Virus record (IMG/VR): IMGVR_UViG_3300012347_000520
Location: 14,642-78,641 of that record
Length of the DNA: 64,000 bases
Strand: one strand, 5' to 3'
DNA from: a virus
Taxonomy: Duplodnaviria; Heunggongvirae; Uroviricota; Caudoviricetes
The position numbers were made by a program, and so were the translations under genes. This document shows, one piece after another, positions 1-10,500 of this stretch. Under the pieces are notes generated by a model. That model was given only the letters and a program-made list of their open reading frames with translations. It was not told where the DNA came from and ran no database searches. Position 1 is the stretch's first letter; each line of letters opens with the position of its first letter.

Positions 1-2
1 CC

Positions 3-584
3 TTATCGCAAGTTGCAAAAGACAGAACAATTGCTAACTGGCAAGCTAAGTATTCTCCAAAGAATGGCGCTCGTCGCCCTATGATCTTGGATTCGGGACT
101 AAAGCCAGCAGCAGGTATTTCGGATACTTTCCAAGAAATGGATTTTGATACTTCTATTAAAACCCACGACATGAAAATCTTAAAGTCACTAGGTGTGCCG
201 CCAATCTTACTAGACGGCGGTAACAATGCTAACATTGCCCCTAATTTAAGATTGTTCTACTTAGAGACAATTATTCCTATTACTACTAAATTTACTAGCG
301 CTATTGAACGTTTCTTTGGTTACGATGTTGAACCAATTACTACTTCAGTAAGTGCGCTACAGCCAGAAATGAAAGATGTTGCTGCATACCACTCAACACT
401 AGTAAACGCTGGTATTATTTCTGCTAACGAAGCTCGTCAAGAACTACGTTACGAAGCAAAAACAGGAAATGACGATTTACGAATCCCTGCAAATATTGCA
501 GGTTCGGCGGCAAATCCAAGTCAAGGGGGAGCGCCTCCTAAACCTAAGAACCCTGCGGGTGACGGTGGTAAGAGCGTAGTATAG
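3..584 (+). CDS. portal protein, C-terminal portion (gene continues upstream of window)
   Basis: Frame open from the window edge with no upstream stop. C-terminal region resembles HK97-family portal proteins and ends in a G/P/K-rich tail. Lies directly upstream of the prohead protease, the canonical position. Confidence 0.55.
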   Translation, partial: LSQVAKDRTIANWQAKYSPKNGARRPMILDSGLKPAAGISDTFQEMDFDTSIKTHDMKILKSLGVPPILLDGGNNANIAPNLRLFYLETIIPITTKFTSAIERFFGYDVEPITTSVSALQPEMKDVAAYHSTLVNAGIISANEARQELRYEAKTGNDDLRIPANIAGSAANPSQGGAPPKPKNPAGDGGKSVV

Positions 585-597
585 AGTAAGGAACTAC

Positions 598-2568
598 ATG
601 AAAAATAAAGTACTAAGATTAAATAGTGCTTTTGCCGTAGATCAGAAAGCCTTGCCTACAAGCGGAGACAGCACTATCGAATCTGTTTATATCGAAGGTT
701 ACGCAAGTACTGTAGATATTGATAGAAGCGGTGATGTTGTCCCAAAATCCGTTTGGGAAGCAGGTATTCAGAATTACCTTAAAAATCCAATTATTTTAGC
801 TCAACATAATTACGATGATCCTATCGGACGTATGACTGACTATAAAGTGGATGATAAGGGTTTGTGGGTAAAAGCCCGTATTTCTTCAGCTGCTGAAGAA
901 GTATTTGGTCTAATTAAAGACAAGATTTTGACAGCATTTAGCATTGGCTTCCGCATCTTAGATGCAGAGTACAATAGTGCTGCAGAGGTATTTGTTATTA
1001 AGGAACTTGAACTTGTCGAAATTTCGGTAGTTTCTGTGCCTTGTAATCAAAATACCCTATTTGATTTGTCTAAAGCATTTGATACTGCTGAAGACTATAA
1101 AGAATTTAAACAGCAATTTGCACCCAAAGGCGACTCAGCTAAAGGGCTAGAATCCAAAACGGAAGCAAAAAGCACAACAACAAAGGAATTGGAAATGACT
1201 CCAGAAGAAATTCAAAAAATGCTTGCTGACGCCGCTGCAAAAGCCGCTGAAGAAGCTACTACAAAACTACTAGCTACTCAAGCTGCTCAAAAAGCTGCTC
1301 AAGAAGCTGAAGCAAAAGCCGCTGCTGAGCTAGATGCTCGCGTTAAAAGCGCTGTTGCTGCTCAAATCTCTGTTGGTGAAAGCGGTGCTGAACGCCTATT
1401 GGCCGAAGTTACTAAGCGTTTCGAAGACCAAGCAGAACAATCTAAGAGCGTTCTAGACGGTCTACAAGCTACTCTAAAAGAGAAAGCTGACGAGATCGCT
1501 AAGATGCAAGCTAGCAAAATGGCTTTTGCTGATCAAAAGAACAACGCTGGTTCTACATACGAAGAACGCGAAAAGGCTTTCTTGCTATCTAAAGTTTCCG
1601 GTAAAGGTATCACTGATACTAAGTTCGGTCGCGAACTAGCTGAGAAAACTGGTGCTCACTTGCCAAGCGCAACATGGGAACTAGAAGTTTCTACAAACAT
1701 GGAAGCTGAAGTACGTCGTCGTCTAGTTGTAGCTCCATTGGTTCGTGCAGTTAATATGCGCACCAACGTTATGACTATGCCAGTTAACCCAGAAGCAGGT
1801 TTAGCTACTTGGGTAACTAACAGCCAATTCGGTGCTGCTCCAAGTGCTCTAGGCGCTGCTGGTGCTTCTGCTGGTGCTTCACAAACTCATGCATTAAAAG
1901 AAATTACTCTAAATGCATATAAAGTTGCTACCAACGAATATCTAAACTACGAAGAAGAAGAAGACAGCCTATTGGTAATCATGCCTATCGTTCGCGATGC
2001 TATGGTCCGCCGTTTAGCTCGTTCTGTTGACCGCGCCTACTTGATGGGTACAGGTTCAGGTACAGACCCAGTTAAAGGTATCGCACTATACGATGCAGCT
2101 TCTACTGTAACTCCAGCTGTTGGTACTGCTGCTTCTATCGCTAACCTACGCAGTCTACGTAAAGACCTAGGTGCATGGGGTCTAGATCCATCAGAATTAG
2201 TATACGTTGTTTCTACAGAAGTATACTACGACTTGCTAGATGACGAGTCATTCCAGACTATGAACAACGTTGGCGCACAAGCTACATTGTTAACTGGTCA
2301 AGTAGGTTCTATCGGTAACACTCCAGTTCTAGTATCTGGTGAGTTCCCAACTAAGGCTTCTGGCGCTGCTACAGGTACTGCTAACATCGGTGCTCTATGT
2401 TTTGCTCCAGGTAACTTCTTAGCAGGTAACCAACGCGGTCTACGCTTCGATACACAAGATCTAGTTGAAACACAACGTCGTGTTTTAGTAGGTTCTATGC
2501 GTACCGGTCTAACACAAGTAACTACTAACCTAGGTGCTGGTGTTTCTACTCTACGTTGGGCTGCTTAA
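598..2568 (+). CDS. prohead protease - scaffold (delta-like) - HK97-fold major capsid protein, single polypeptide
   Basis: N-terminus carries HK97-type prohead protease (S78/U35) motifs (EGYASTVDIDRSGDVV, AQHNYDDPIG, FSIGF). Central Ala/Glu/Lys-rich coiled coil looks scaffold-like. C-terminal ~300 aa resembles a Phage_capsid/HK97 major capsid protein. Strong RBS AAGGAA upstream and a strong hairpin terminator downstream. Confidence 0.7.
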   Translation: MKNKVLRLNSAFAVDQKALPTSGDSTIESVYIEGYASTVDIDRSGDVVPKSVWEAGIQNYLKNPIILAQHNYDDPIGRMTDYKVDDKGLWVKARISSAAEEVFGLIKDKILTAFSIGFRILDAEYNSAAEVFVIKELELVEISVVSVPCNQNTLFDLSKAFDTAEDYKEFKQQFAPKGDSAKGLESKTEAKSTTTKELEMTPEEIQKMLADAAAKAAEEATTKLLATQAAQKAAQEAEAKAAAELDARVKSAVAAQISVGESGAERLLAEVTKRFEDQAEQSKSVLDGLQATLKEKADEIAKMQASKMAFADQKNNAGSTYEEREKAFLLSKVSGKGITDTKFGRELAEKTGAHLPSATWELEVSTNMEAEVRRRLVVAPLVRAVNMRTNVMTMPVNPEAGLATWVTNSQFGAAPSALGAAGASAGASQTHALKEITLNAYKVATNEYLNYEEEEDSLLVIMPIVRDAMVRRLARSVDRAYLMGTGSGTDPVKGIALYDAASTVTPAVGTAASIANLRSLRKDLGAWGLDPSELVYVVSTEVYYDLLDDESFQTMNNVGAQATLLTGQVGSIGNTPVLVSGEFPTKASGAATGTANIGALCFAPGNFLAGNQRGLRFDTQDLVETQRRVLVGSMRTGLTQVTTNLGAGVSTLRWAA

Positions 2569-2587
2569 TAGCTGCTTAAAATAGCAT

Positions 2588-2620
2588 AAAGATAAGGAAC
2601 TTCGGTTCCTTATCTTTTAT
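2588..2620 (+). terminator. rho-independent terminator after the capsid gene
   Basis: Inverted repeat aaagataaggaac-ttcg-gttccttatcttt followed by a T-rich tract. Confidence 0.6.
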
Positions 2621-2661
2621 AAGGGTATTCAGTACCTTTATAAAAGATAAAAGGATATTCT

Positions 2662-3234
2662 ATGGCAAATGATTTAATAACGCTCGCAGAATACAAAGCC
2701 TATGTCGGAATTACCAGCACTAACCAAGATATGACCCTTAGGTCGTTAATTCCTCAAGTTAGCGCATTAGTAAAGCAACTTTGTCACAGAACTTTTAATG
2801 ATTATGTCGATGACGTAAAAGTAGAAGTTTCTAAAGGTGGAGTTAATCGCCGTATATTATTACAAGAAACTCCTGTACTACGAGTAAGCTCTGTAGAATT
2901 CTCCGATGACTTCGGTAAGACTTATACTAGTCTTGAAGAGTTTACAGACTACGTAGTAGACGAAGATGCGATTGAGCTAATCAGTTACCCGTATGTAGAC
3001 TATTGGAAAACGAATGCGTTCCGTATCAGCTATAATGCTGGATACGAAGAATTACCAGTTGATTTAAAACTAGCTATTTCAGACTTAGTATTGTACTATA
3101 ATCGTAATGATGCTGCTGTTCACTCTAACAAGCCTGTAGGCTCTAATACTGTACAGCTAGAATATATTACAAACACTTCCCTACCTGCACATATTCGTCG
3201 CGTGCTAGACTTACATACTGCTTATTACGGATAA
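2662..3234 (+). CDS. head-tail connector protein (gp6-like)
   Basis: N-terminal LITLAEYKAYVGI...DMTLRSLIPQVSALVKQ pattern typical of phage gp6-like head-tail connector proteins. Lies directly after the capsid gene. RBS AAAGGA. Confidence 0.5.
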   Translation: MANDLITLAEYKAYVGITSTNQDMTLRSLIPQVSALVKQLCHRTFNDYVDDVKVEVSKGGVNRRILLQETPVLRVSSVEFSDDFGKTYTSLEEFTDYVVDEDAIELISYPYVDYWKTNAFRISYNAGYEELPVDLKLAISDLVLYYNRNDAAVHSNKPVGSNTVQLEYITNTSLPAHIRRVLDLHTAYYG

Positions 3235-3236
3235 TT

Positions 3237-4859
3237 ATGAGTGCTTCGCAGTTTTCTGATACCATTAAAAACCACATATTTGAGCTTTACAAAAGCGACA
3301 AATTAAGCATCGGTAGTTTTCAGAACGCAAGTAGACTAAGTATTTTTAATAAATACGACTCTACAAAGAAACTGCGTACTGCATATGAATCTGCAAGTTC
3401 TGGACATACTTCTATTGTAACACAGTCAGGTATAAATAGCTTAATGGCTAGTATACACGAAGGTGTTACAGATATTCGTAAGCAAGTCTTGCTAGAAAAG
3501 ATTTTTAGCAACTTTAATTACAAAGATTTCATTAATAACTGGGTACCTGCTCACGTAGCTAATGCTAACGTATCTAAGGTTGGTGCTGGTTACGCAATAT
3601 CCAATGTACCTCAAGACGTATTAAAAAATACTTTCATTGATTACTTAGGAGCACAAGCTGAAATTAACGGTATTGACGGTGACGAATTATTAAAGTACGC
3701 TTCAGACCATATTCAGTCAGGACATTTAGCAGGCGTATTTACGTTGAAAACAGCCTTAGCTTTAGGCGTAAACGTAGACATGTCCAGCGCTACTAACTAC
3801 AGAGATTTCAAAGTTAGTATGTCTGGTAGTACCGAAGAAACAAAAGAATACACAAATCTAATAGATAAAGTACTAAAACTACTATTAGATGCTGACTACG
3901 TAACAAGTAACTTAACAGATAACGTAGACATATTTGCTAATGCAACTAAGTCTGTTCTTGGTACAAAAAGTCCGTTCTTAAGTACTGAATTACAGTACAA
4001 AAAAGATAACCAAGCTGCTGGCGATTTACTACAGCAAGCTGGCCGACAATTAAATAATATTATTTCTAGTTTCCCTGCTAAAAGCACTGGTACACTAGAA
4101 AAAACAAAAATGGATCTAGCCTTCAAGAAGTTTATTTCTGAGCTAGGTACTATATCTGATATGTTGCTGCAGAAGTCTGCACAAATGAATCAGCTACCTT
4201 TAAGTAGTGATTTAAAAAACGCTATATTAGGTAATGCTGCTGAAATTAAAAAAATTGGCGAAGTATTAATAAATACAAAAGGATCTCCTTCTATTAAGGA
4301 ATCTATCCTACAAAATGCTGCAAGTATGTTGAAAAACGGTAAAGTATTACCTACACAAACTACTAAGGTTTCAGTAAAGCAGAAACAGCGCAACAAAGAT
4401 AACACAGCAAAAGATATTAATAAGACTTTAAAAGAAGCAGCTAAAGCAGTTAAAAAAGCTAAAGATGCAATAGACAAAGAGATGAAAAAGCAAGCTAGCA
4501 TAAAGCTAAAAGCTTCGCAAGCGCAAGCCGCACTTTCATTAAGTAGTTTGCAGATTCTTATTAATACACACTTACAAGACGTAGTGTCCGCAAATATGGG
4601 TAACGGTAGTAGTAAGAACGTGCTTAACTATCGTACAGGCAGACTAGCTTCTAGTGCCAATGTTGAAAAATTAACGCAAGGACGAGAAGGCATGATTACT
4701 GCTTTCTACTCGTACATGAAAAATCCTTACGCAACTTTCTCAGATGGTGGTAAGCAACAATACCCTAAATCCAGAGACCCTAAACTGCTTATTTCTAAGT
4801 CAATTAGAGAAATTGCAATGGAAGCAGGAATAACAAGAATGAGGTCAGTAGTAGTATGA
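3237..4859 (+). CDS. hypothetical virion (neck/head-completion region) protein, Lys-rich
   Basis: 540-aa ORF coupled to its neighbours (TAATTATG overlap upstream, ATGA overlap downstream). Sits between connector and tail genes. Lys/Ala-rich helical C-terminal half. No family recognised. Confidence 0.5.
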   Translation: MSASQFSDTIKNHIFELYKSDKLSIGSFQNASRLSIFNKYDSTKKLRTAYESASSGHTSIVTQSGINSLMASIHEGVTDIRKQVLLEKIFSNFNYKDFINNWVPAHVANANVSKVGAGYAISNVPQDVLKNTFIDYLGAQAEINGIDGDELLKYASDHIQSGHLAGVFTLKTALALGVNVDMSSATNYRDFKVSMSGSTEETKEYTNLIDKVLKLLLDADYVTSNLTDNVDIFANATKSVLGTKSPFLSTELQYKKDNQAAGDLLQQAGRQLNNIISSFPAKSTGTLEKTKMDLAFKKFISELGTISDMLLQKSAQMNQLPLSSDLKNAILGNAAEIKKIGEVLINTKGSPSIKESILQNAASMLKNGKVLPTQTTKVSVKQKQRNKDNTAKDINKTLKEAAKAVKKAKDAIDKEMKKQASIKLKASQAQAALSLSSLQILINTHLQDVVSANMGNGSSKNVLNYRTGRLASSANVEKLTQGREGMITAFYSYMKNPYATFSDGGKQQYPKSRDPKLLISKSIREIAMEAGITRMRSVVV

Positions 4860-5293
4860 GTCGTAGAACATCAATAATTAAAGCTCTTACCGAAAAATTA
4901 AAACTCATTGACGGAACCGCTCCGTATAAAACTAACGTATTTGGTAATGCTTATAGCTACCTGCGTTTTTGGGATGAAACAAACGACTTCCCTTCAATTT
5001 ATACGGTTGCAGGAAGCGAACAACGAGAGTATCTGCCAGGCGATTTTACTTGGGCGTATCTTAACGTAACGTTAAAGCTATATTGCAAAGGTGAAGATTC
5101 ACAGCAGGATCTTGAAGAATTATTAGAAGATGTAGAGCGAGTTATTCATGACAATCGCGTACTTAAATACGACGAGACCAACGGGTACGAGACTACAGAA
5201 ATTTTAGTAACCTCGATAATTACAGATGAAGGGCTTTTAGCTCCGTATTCTATCGGGGAAATGACAATACAGGTGCGTTACGCACTAATGTAA
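4856..5293 (+). CDS. neck / tail-terminator-like protein
   Basis: 145-aa ORF immediately upstream of the major tail gene. Size and position fit a tail completion/terminator protein. Confidence 0.4.
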   Translation: MSRRTSIIKALTEKLKLIDGTAPYKTNVFGNAYSYLRFWDETNDFPSIYTVAGSEQREYLPGDFTWAYLNVTLKLYCKGEDSQQDLEELLEDVERVIHDNRVLKYDETNGYETTEILVTSIITDEGLLAPYSIGEMTIQVRYALM

Positions 5294-5374
5294 CCAACGG
5301 TAAACCTAGCGCACCCGCAGATAAATATCTAGCACAAGCGCTCAGTAATACCAAAAATCATAAAGGAAAAGATT

Positions 5375-6571
5375 ATGGCATTAAATTTAGTCCGTAATAG
5401 TAAGGTATTCTTTACCACAAACGTAGACGCTTTAGGAAAAGTACTAGCTACTGGGTTTGACGCAGTAAATACACATGAAATTCAGGTGTTGGACGGCTTC
5501 ACTTTCTCACAAAATACAAATAGTGACACAGTTACTATTATGGAAGCTGGTAGTGCTCCTGTTCGCGGCCAACGCGCTTTTAACACTAGCTTAGCTCCAG
5601 TTGACTTCTCATTCTCAAGCTATATCCGCCCAAGCTTCAGCGATACTGATAACGAAGTAGCTGCTGAAGAATCAGTCTTATGGAACGCTATTGCAGGTAC
5701 CGGTGCTATCGGTGCAGCAGGTGCAGCATGGACTGGCGACGATGCATTTAGCTCAGTTTCATTTGCTAACTCAAACGCTCACCAACTACAGAAGTTCGGT
5801 ATGATCTTCATTGTTGACCAAGTTGCTTACGTAGTTGACAACTGTTCTCTAAACCAAGTTACTATTGACTTCGGCTTAGACGCTATTGCTACAGCTGCAT
5901 GGTCTGGCCAAGGTACTACACTTCGTCAAGCCGGTACAGCGATTACTGCCGTAGGCGGCCAATTCAGCGGTACAGGTATCGTTGGCGAATACGAAGCCAA
6001 GAACACAGACGCTAACTACATCACAAACAAACTATCTACAGTTAGCTTGTCACTAGTTAAAGACTTAAAAGACGCCGCAGGTACTACAGTTGCAGCTTCA
6101 GGCTCTAGCTACTTAGTTCCAATTACTGGTGGTTCAGTAACTATCAACAACAACATTAACTACATTACCCCTGCTAACCTAGGTACTGTTAACGCTCCAG
6201 TTACATACTACACAGGTCAACGCTCTATTACAGGTACATTAAATGCTTATTTACGTACTGGTGTAGGCGAAACAGGTACTGGTAAGTTGCTAGCTAACAT
6301 GTTGACAGCTGCTTCCGTAACAGTTGAACCAATGTTCGCATTAGGTATCTCTATCGGCGGTGGTGCTAACCCAGTTAAAGTTGTTTTAGATATGCCTTCA
6401 ACGGTTCTAACAATCCCAACAGTTGACGTTCAACAAGTTGTTTCTACAGCTATTAACTTCACTGCTCAAGGTTCTACAGGTAGCGGTAACAACACCGTGT
6501 ACGACTTGACACAAACTAACGATATTACAGTTAAGTACTACTCACCAGACTTAACTCCATCTGCTGGTTAA
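5375..6571 (+). CDS. major tail tube protein
   Basis: 398-aa protein with strong RBS AAAGGAAAAG and its own hairpin terminator. Followed by two small chaperone ORFs and the tape measure gene, the canonical order. Thr/Ser/Gly-rich beta-type composition. Confidence 0.55.
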   Translation: MALNLVRNSKVFFTTNVDALGKVLATGFDAVNTHEIQVLDGFTFSQNTNSDTVTIMEAGSAPVRGQRAFNTSLAPVDFSFSSYIRPSFSDTDNEVAAEESVLWNAIAGTGAIGAAGAAWTGDDAFSSVSFANSNAHQLQKFGMIFIVDQVAYVVDNCSLNQVTIDFGLDAIATAAWSGQGTTLRQAGTAITAVGGQFSGTGIVGEYEAKNTDANYITNKLSTVSLSLVKDLKDAAGTTVAASGSSYLVPITGGSVTINNNINYITPANLGTVNAPVTYYTGQRSITGTLNAYLRTGVGETGTGKLLANMLTAASVTVEPMFALGISIGGGANPVKVVLDMPSTVLTIPTVDVQQVVSTAINFTAQGSTGSGNNTVYDLTQTNDITVKYYSPDLTPSAG

Positions 6572-6579
6572 TATTTTCA

Positions 6580-6612
6580 AGGGGCGGCTTGATCACCGCC
6601 CTGCTTTTTCTC
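6580..6612 (+). terminator. rho-independent terminator after the major tail gene
   Basis: gggcgg-cttgatca-ccgccc hairpin followed by tgctttttctctc. Confidence 0.55.
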
Positions 6613-6643
6613 TCTAATTATAATTACAGGATAAATAATCCAA

Positions 6644-7066
6644 ATGGCAACAACTCTTTCACTTAAAACCCTTTTAGTTCCTTCAAAAACTGTTGAAGTT
6701 GATTACCCTGGTATGTCAGGATTCAAAGTTAAGGTTAATTTCCTTAGCCGCGAGACTTTAGTCAATATCCGCAAAAAGTCTACAAAAACCACATTTAAAA
6801 ATCGTCAAGCAACTGATGAATTAAATGATGAAGTATTCTTGCAACTATATGTTAAAGAATCCATCAAAGGTTGGGAAGGCCTTAAACTGTCGTATCTTGA
6901 ACAGCTAGCGCCAGTTGATTTAACAGGACAAGATCTAGAAGCAGAACTAGACTTCTCAGAAGAAAATGCTCTTTTCTTGATGAAGAACTCTAGCAACTTT
7001 GATGCGTTTGTATCAGAGACTGTTACTGACTTGGGAAACTTTCAAACGAGCAGCGCAGCGAAGTAA
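6644..7066 (+). CDS. tail assembly chaperone (gpG-like)
   Basis: 140-aa acidic protein between the major tail and tape measure genes. Contains a GGGAAAC slippery heptamer near its 3' end. Confidence 0.55.
   Translation: MATTLSLKTLLVPSKTVEVDYPGMSGFKVKVNFLSRETLVNIRKKSTKTTFKNRQATDELNDEVFLQLYVKESIKGWEGLKLSYLEQLAPVDLTGQDLEAELDFSEENALFLMKNSSNFDAFVSETVTDLGNFQTSSAAK
7033..7039 (+). other. candidate programmed -1 ribosomal frameshift site (G GGA AAC)
   Basis: Canonical X XXY YYZ heptamer in the 0-frame of the first chaperone ORF. The -1 frame is open from about 7030 into ORF 7096..7434, so a slip would give a G-T-like fusion. Confidence 0.4.
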
Positions 7067-7095
7067 ATAAAAAACTTGAGTCATTCTTCCAGAAT

Positions 7096-7434
7096 ATGTC
7101 TGTAAAGATGACTAAAGAAGCATACTTCGAAATGTGCGAAGCTCTGGGTACAGAACCTAGTGAGGAAGAGATTCCAGTTGAAATGGATGACTTCCCTGAC
7201 GAAGTTCAGGAAGCAATATCTATTTACTATAAACTGCGTGACGACTGGGATACTATGAATGGTATCTACATGGGTAAAAGTTACGCAGGCCTTGGTGATA
7301 TTCTAGATATACTAGAGGTCGAAAATGCAGACCGCAAATACTTGTTAGAGTGGATTTCAGTAATGGATTCTGCTAGGTCGAAGGTGCTAAGTGCCCAACG
7401 TCCTAAACAAGAAACAAAAACGAAAACCCCGTAG
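7096..7434 (+). CDS. tail assembly chaperone, second ORF (gpT-like; likely expressed as a -1 frameshift fusion starting about 7039)
   Basis: 112-aa acidic ORF in the -1 frame relative to the upstream chaperone. Weak RBS of its own. Position directly before the tape measure gene. Confidence 0.5.
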   Translation: MSVKMTKEAYFEMCEALGTEPSEEEIPVEMDDFPDEVQEAISIYYKLRDDWDTMNGIYMGKSYAGLGDILDILEVENADRKYLLEWISVMDSARSKVLSAQRPKQETKTKTP

Positions 7435-7460
7435 GCTCCGGCTTACGGGGTTTTTTCTTT
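7426..7460 (+). terminator. rho-independent terminator
   Basis: aaccccgtagg-ctccgg-cttacgggg hairpin followed by ttttttcttt. The stop codon of the chaperone ORF lies inside the stem. Confidence 0.65.
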
Positions 7461-7482
7461 GGTCATAAAAAAATTTTACTAT

Positions 7483-7511
7483 TGACTTTTGAGTGCTGTG
7501 GTGATATAATA
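7483..7511 (+). promoter_or_regulatory. sigma70 consensus promoter (TTGACT-17-TATAAT with extended -10 TGaTATAAT)
   Basis: Perfect -35/-10 hexamers with 17-nt spacing about 70 nt upstream of the tape measure start. Confidence 0.6.
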
Positions 7512-7583
7512 GGGTGAATATTGTGAGTATGCCTTCAACTTTAGTAGGTTACACTCCTTAAAAAGATGACAATAGGAGAAACT

Positions 7584-10500
7584 ATGTCAAATGACTCAAT
7601 TAAATTAAGTTTTGAACTTAATGATGATAATAACAGCGTAAACAAAAACATTAAAAACGTAGAAACCCTACGTAAAGCAGTAGATGGGTTAAGCGAAACA
7701 GCAAGTAAAGCTAATATTAGTAAGAAAATGGCTGCAGCATACGGCGGTAATACCACAGAAGCTATTAAAAGCGCTAGTATGTCTCCACAAGAAAGTATTG
7801 AGTACGGACAAGCTCGTGCAGCTGTTGGTACTGGTGCTGCTGGCAGAGACTTTGCTAAACAAGCTCAAGGTCTTGGTGGACTAGTACACGTTTATGCAAC
7901 TTTTGCGGCTAACTTATTTGCAGCAAGTGCTGCTTTTACTGCACTTAAAACTGCCGCCGATACAACAAGCATGATTAAAGGTTTAGACCAACTAGGTGCG
8001 GCCAGTGGTCGTAACTTAGGACAGTTGTCTAAGAATGTAGCCGCACTTAGTGATGGCGCAGTAAGTCTTAGAGAGGCAATGACTGCAACAGCCCAAGCAA
8101 CCAGTGCAGGAATGAGCAATAAAAATTTAGAGCGCCTAACTATTGTTGCTAAAAATGCAAGTCAAGCGCTTGGGTTAAATATGCCTGACGCATTATCGCG
8201 TTTAAGTCGTGGTATTACTAAAATCGAACCTGAACTATTAGACGAATTAGGTATTTTTGTAAAAGTTGAAGAAGCTTCTACAAATTACGCACGTACAATT
8301 GGAAAAACAGCTTCTAGCTTAACTGATTTTGAAAAACGTCAAGCTTTTGCTAATGCAGCCCTTGCACAAGGCGAAGCTAAGTTTAATGAAATTAGTATGG
8401 CTGCCAACCCTTATAGCAAGTTAAGCGCAAGCATTTCTAACTTAGCACAAAATACTCTAGAGTTAGTTAATAAAGCTTTAGGCCCATTAATGACTATGTT
8501 GTCGCAAAGCCCAGGGGCGTTGTTAGCAGTATTAGGCGGTATTGGTGGAGTTTTATTAAAACAAGCTATTCCAGCTATTGGTCAGTATCGTCAAAATGCT
8601 AAGGTAATGGAAGAAGAAACGCATAAGCGTGTTCTTAACATGGTAAAAGATCAGCAGATTGCTTATGCTGAAATGGATACTATTGCGGCTATGAGCGCAG
8701 AAAAACAGTTTAGAAATGAAGCTAGTACTGTTGCAAAACTTGAAAAGCTAAGATCAGCTAGATTTAACAAAGATATCTTAGGAGAAGGCCTTCGCAGCAC
8801 TCTAAAGAAAAATGCTTTTGATATTACTGCTGAAGAAACTCAATCTCTTAAAGCCAGATCAGAAGCATTACTAGCTTCTGATGACGTAACATATAAAAAA
8901 CAAGGGCAAAAATTAGCTGCTCATTTAAAATCCTTAGAAGCTTTACGTGCACAAAGTGATGCAGTAGGCGACGCAGCGGTAGCTGCAAATGAAAAGCGAG
9001 ATTCTGCGTGGTATTCACATCAAAATCAGTTAGCTAACAACTTAGATAAACTAAATAAAACCGCCGCAAAAAGCAAGCTTTTAGCAAGTGTCGCGGATAC
9101 TGCTGCTATCCTAGGGCCGGTGGCCGCGTTTAGGCAGCTAGGTGAAGAAACCTCTAGACTAGAAGCGGGAAAGGCCGCTAAAGGTTTTATACTACTACAA
9201 GGTGCTCTAAGTACAGTAGCTACAGCAGCAGGAACCGCCATTACGGCTTTTAGCGGATGGATTTCTGTAATAGGTATTATAGTTGCTGGCATGGCAACAG
9301 TAGCTAGCTGGATGTCAAATACTACAAAAGAGACAGAGCTAACTTCACAAGCTATTGAAGGATTAAACAGCAGCGTTAAAAATATTGATAGAACAGTAGA
9401 ATCTCTTAATATGAAAGGCGTGGTAGATCAAATATCTATTGAAGCTATTCAAGCTCGTGCTACTGCTTTCGGGGAGTTAGGCGATAGCATGGCTTTAGCT
9501 ACCAAGCGCGCTTTTACAGAACTAGATAAGATGGGTTCTATTGATGTAGGTACTAATTTTATTAAAAAACTTTGGGGCGGAGACGTACAAAGTACTTTAA
9601 ATAAAAGCACAGCAGACGCAGTTGTAGCCGCATTTTCAACAATGGAACGCGGGCCTGCCGCAGACGCAGTTCGTGACTCTATTAAGAAAACTTTAGGTAT
9701 TGTAGACATAGATACTAAATCAATCGAAAAAGCTTTCGAAGGAATGTCAGAATCCGCAAAAAAGGCTAATATCGAGGCAGTAGCTAGAGATCTTAAAAAG
9801 GCCGGTGATGAGGCTAGAGTAACTGCTGCGAAAGGTACCGAACTAAAACAAAGCTTTACTGAAGCAACTAAGCAACTTCAAGATTTGCGTAATGGTTTTA
9901 TACCTCAAGATAACGTATCTAAATTTGGTACTAATATTATTACAATGGCGTCTAAGATTGACGTAGCTTTAAAGGATCCTTTACAATCATTAAATGCTAT
10001 GGTAGAAGTAGTAAAAGATTCTAATAGTTTAAGTTTCTTTGATCCTGCAACTGCCACGCGTTTAATTTCATTAAAAGGCACCGTTGAGGGTTTAAATAAT
10101 AGTTTTATTAGTGCGACTCGCGAAGTAAAAAATGTAGATGATAAAATTAAGTCTCTTAATGACGAAAAATCTGCTATAGGTTTCCCAATATTAGAAACCT
10201 CTTACAAACGCATACAACAAATCAAACAAGAACTTGAAGAGCTAAAAAATACTAAAGATATTAAAGCTAGTATTTTACTTGAAGTAGACAAGGATGTTCA
10301 AGTACTAACTGCTGAGTTTGAGCTTGCAGTTAAAAAACAATTTGTATACGGCGCCGAAGTTTTAAGCTCTAAGCTTACAGAACAATGGGCAAAAGCAGGT
10401 CAGGTAATTGGAAGCACTATTGCAAGCTTACTTGGCGATACTACTGCAGGCATCGAAATGCGTGCAAAATACGAAAAAGCTGCTTTAGAAGCACAAATTG

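Noticed and set aside
1200-1450. GCT/GCA-rich repetitive stretch resembling a tandem repeat
   Set aside because: It is in frame and encodes the Ala/Lys/Glu-rich coiled-coil scaffold segment of the capsid precursor. It is not a non-coding repeat.
3320-4501. Antisense ORFs (63-103 aa) inside the 3237..4859 gene. Similar antisense ORFs occur within the tape measure, fibre, RNR, helicase and polymerase genes (for example 7892..8119, 9026..9292, 12827..13144, 20619..21053, 23109..23432, 39326..39598, 47969..48457, 52582..52935, 55943..56176).
   Set aside because: They lie entirely within much longer, well-supported genes on the opposite strand, have no RBS or coupling, and show low-complexity composition typical of antisense frames of biased coding sequence.
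5375-6571. Considered calling this the major capsid protein
   Set aside because: The HK97-fold capsid-like domain is already present at the C-terminus of 598..2568. This gene is followed by the chaperone pair and tape measure, which is the signature position of the major tail tube protein.
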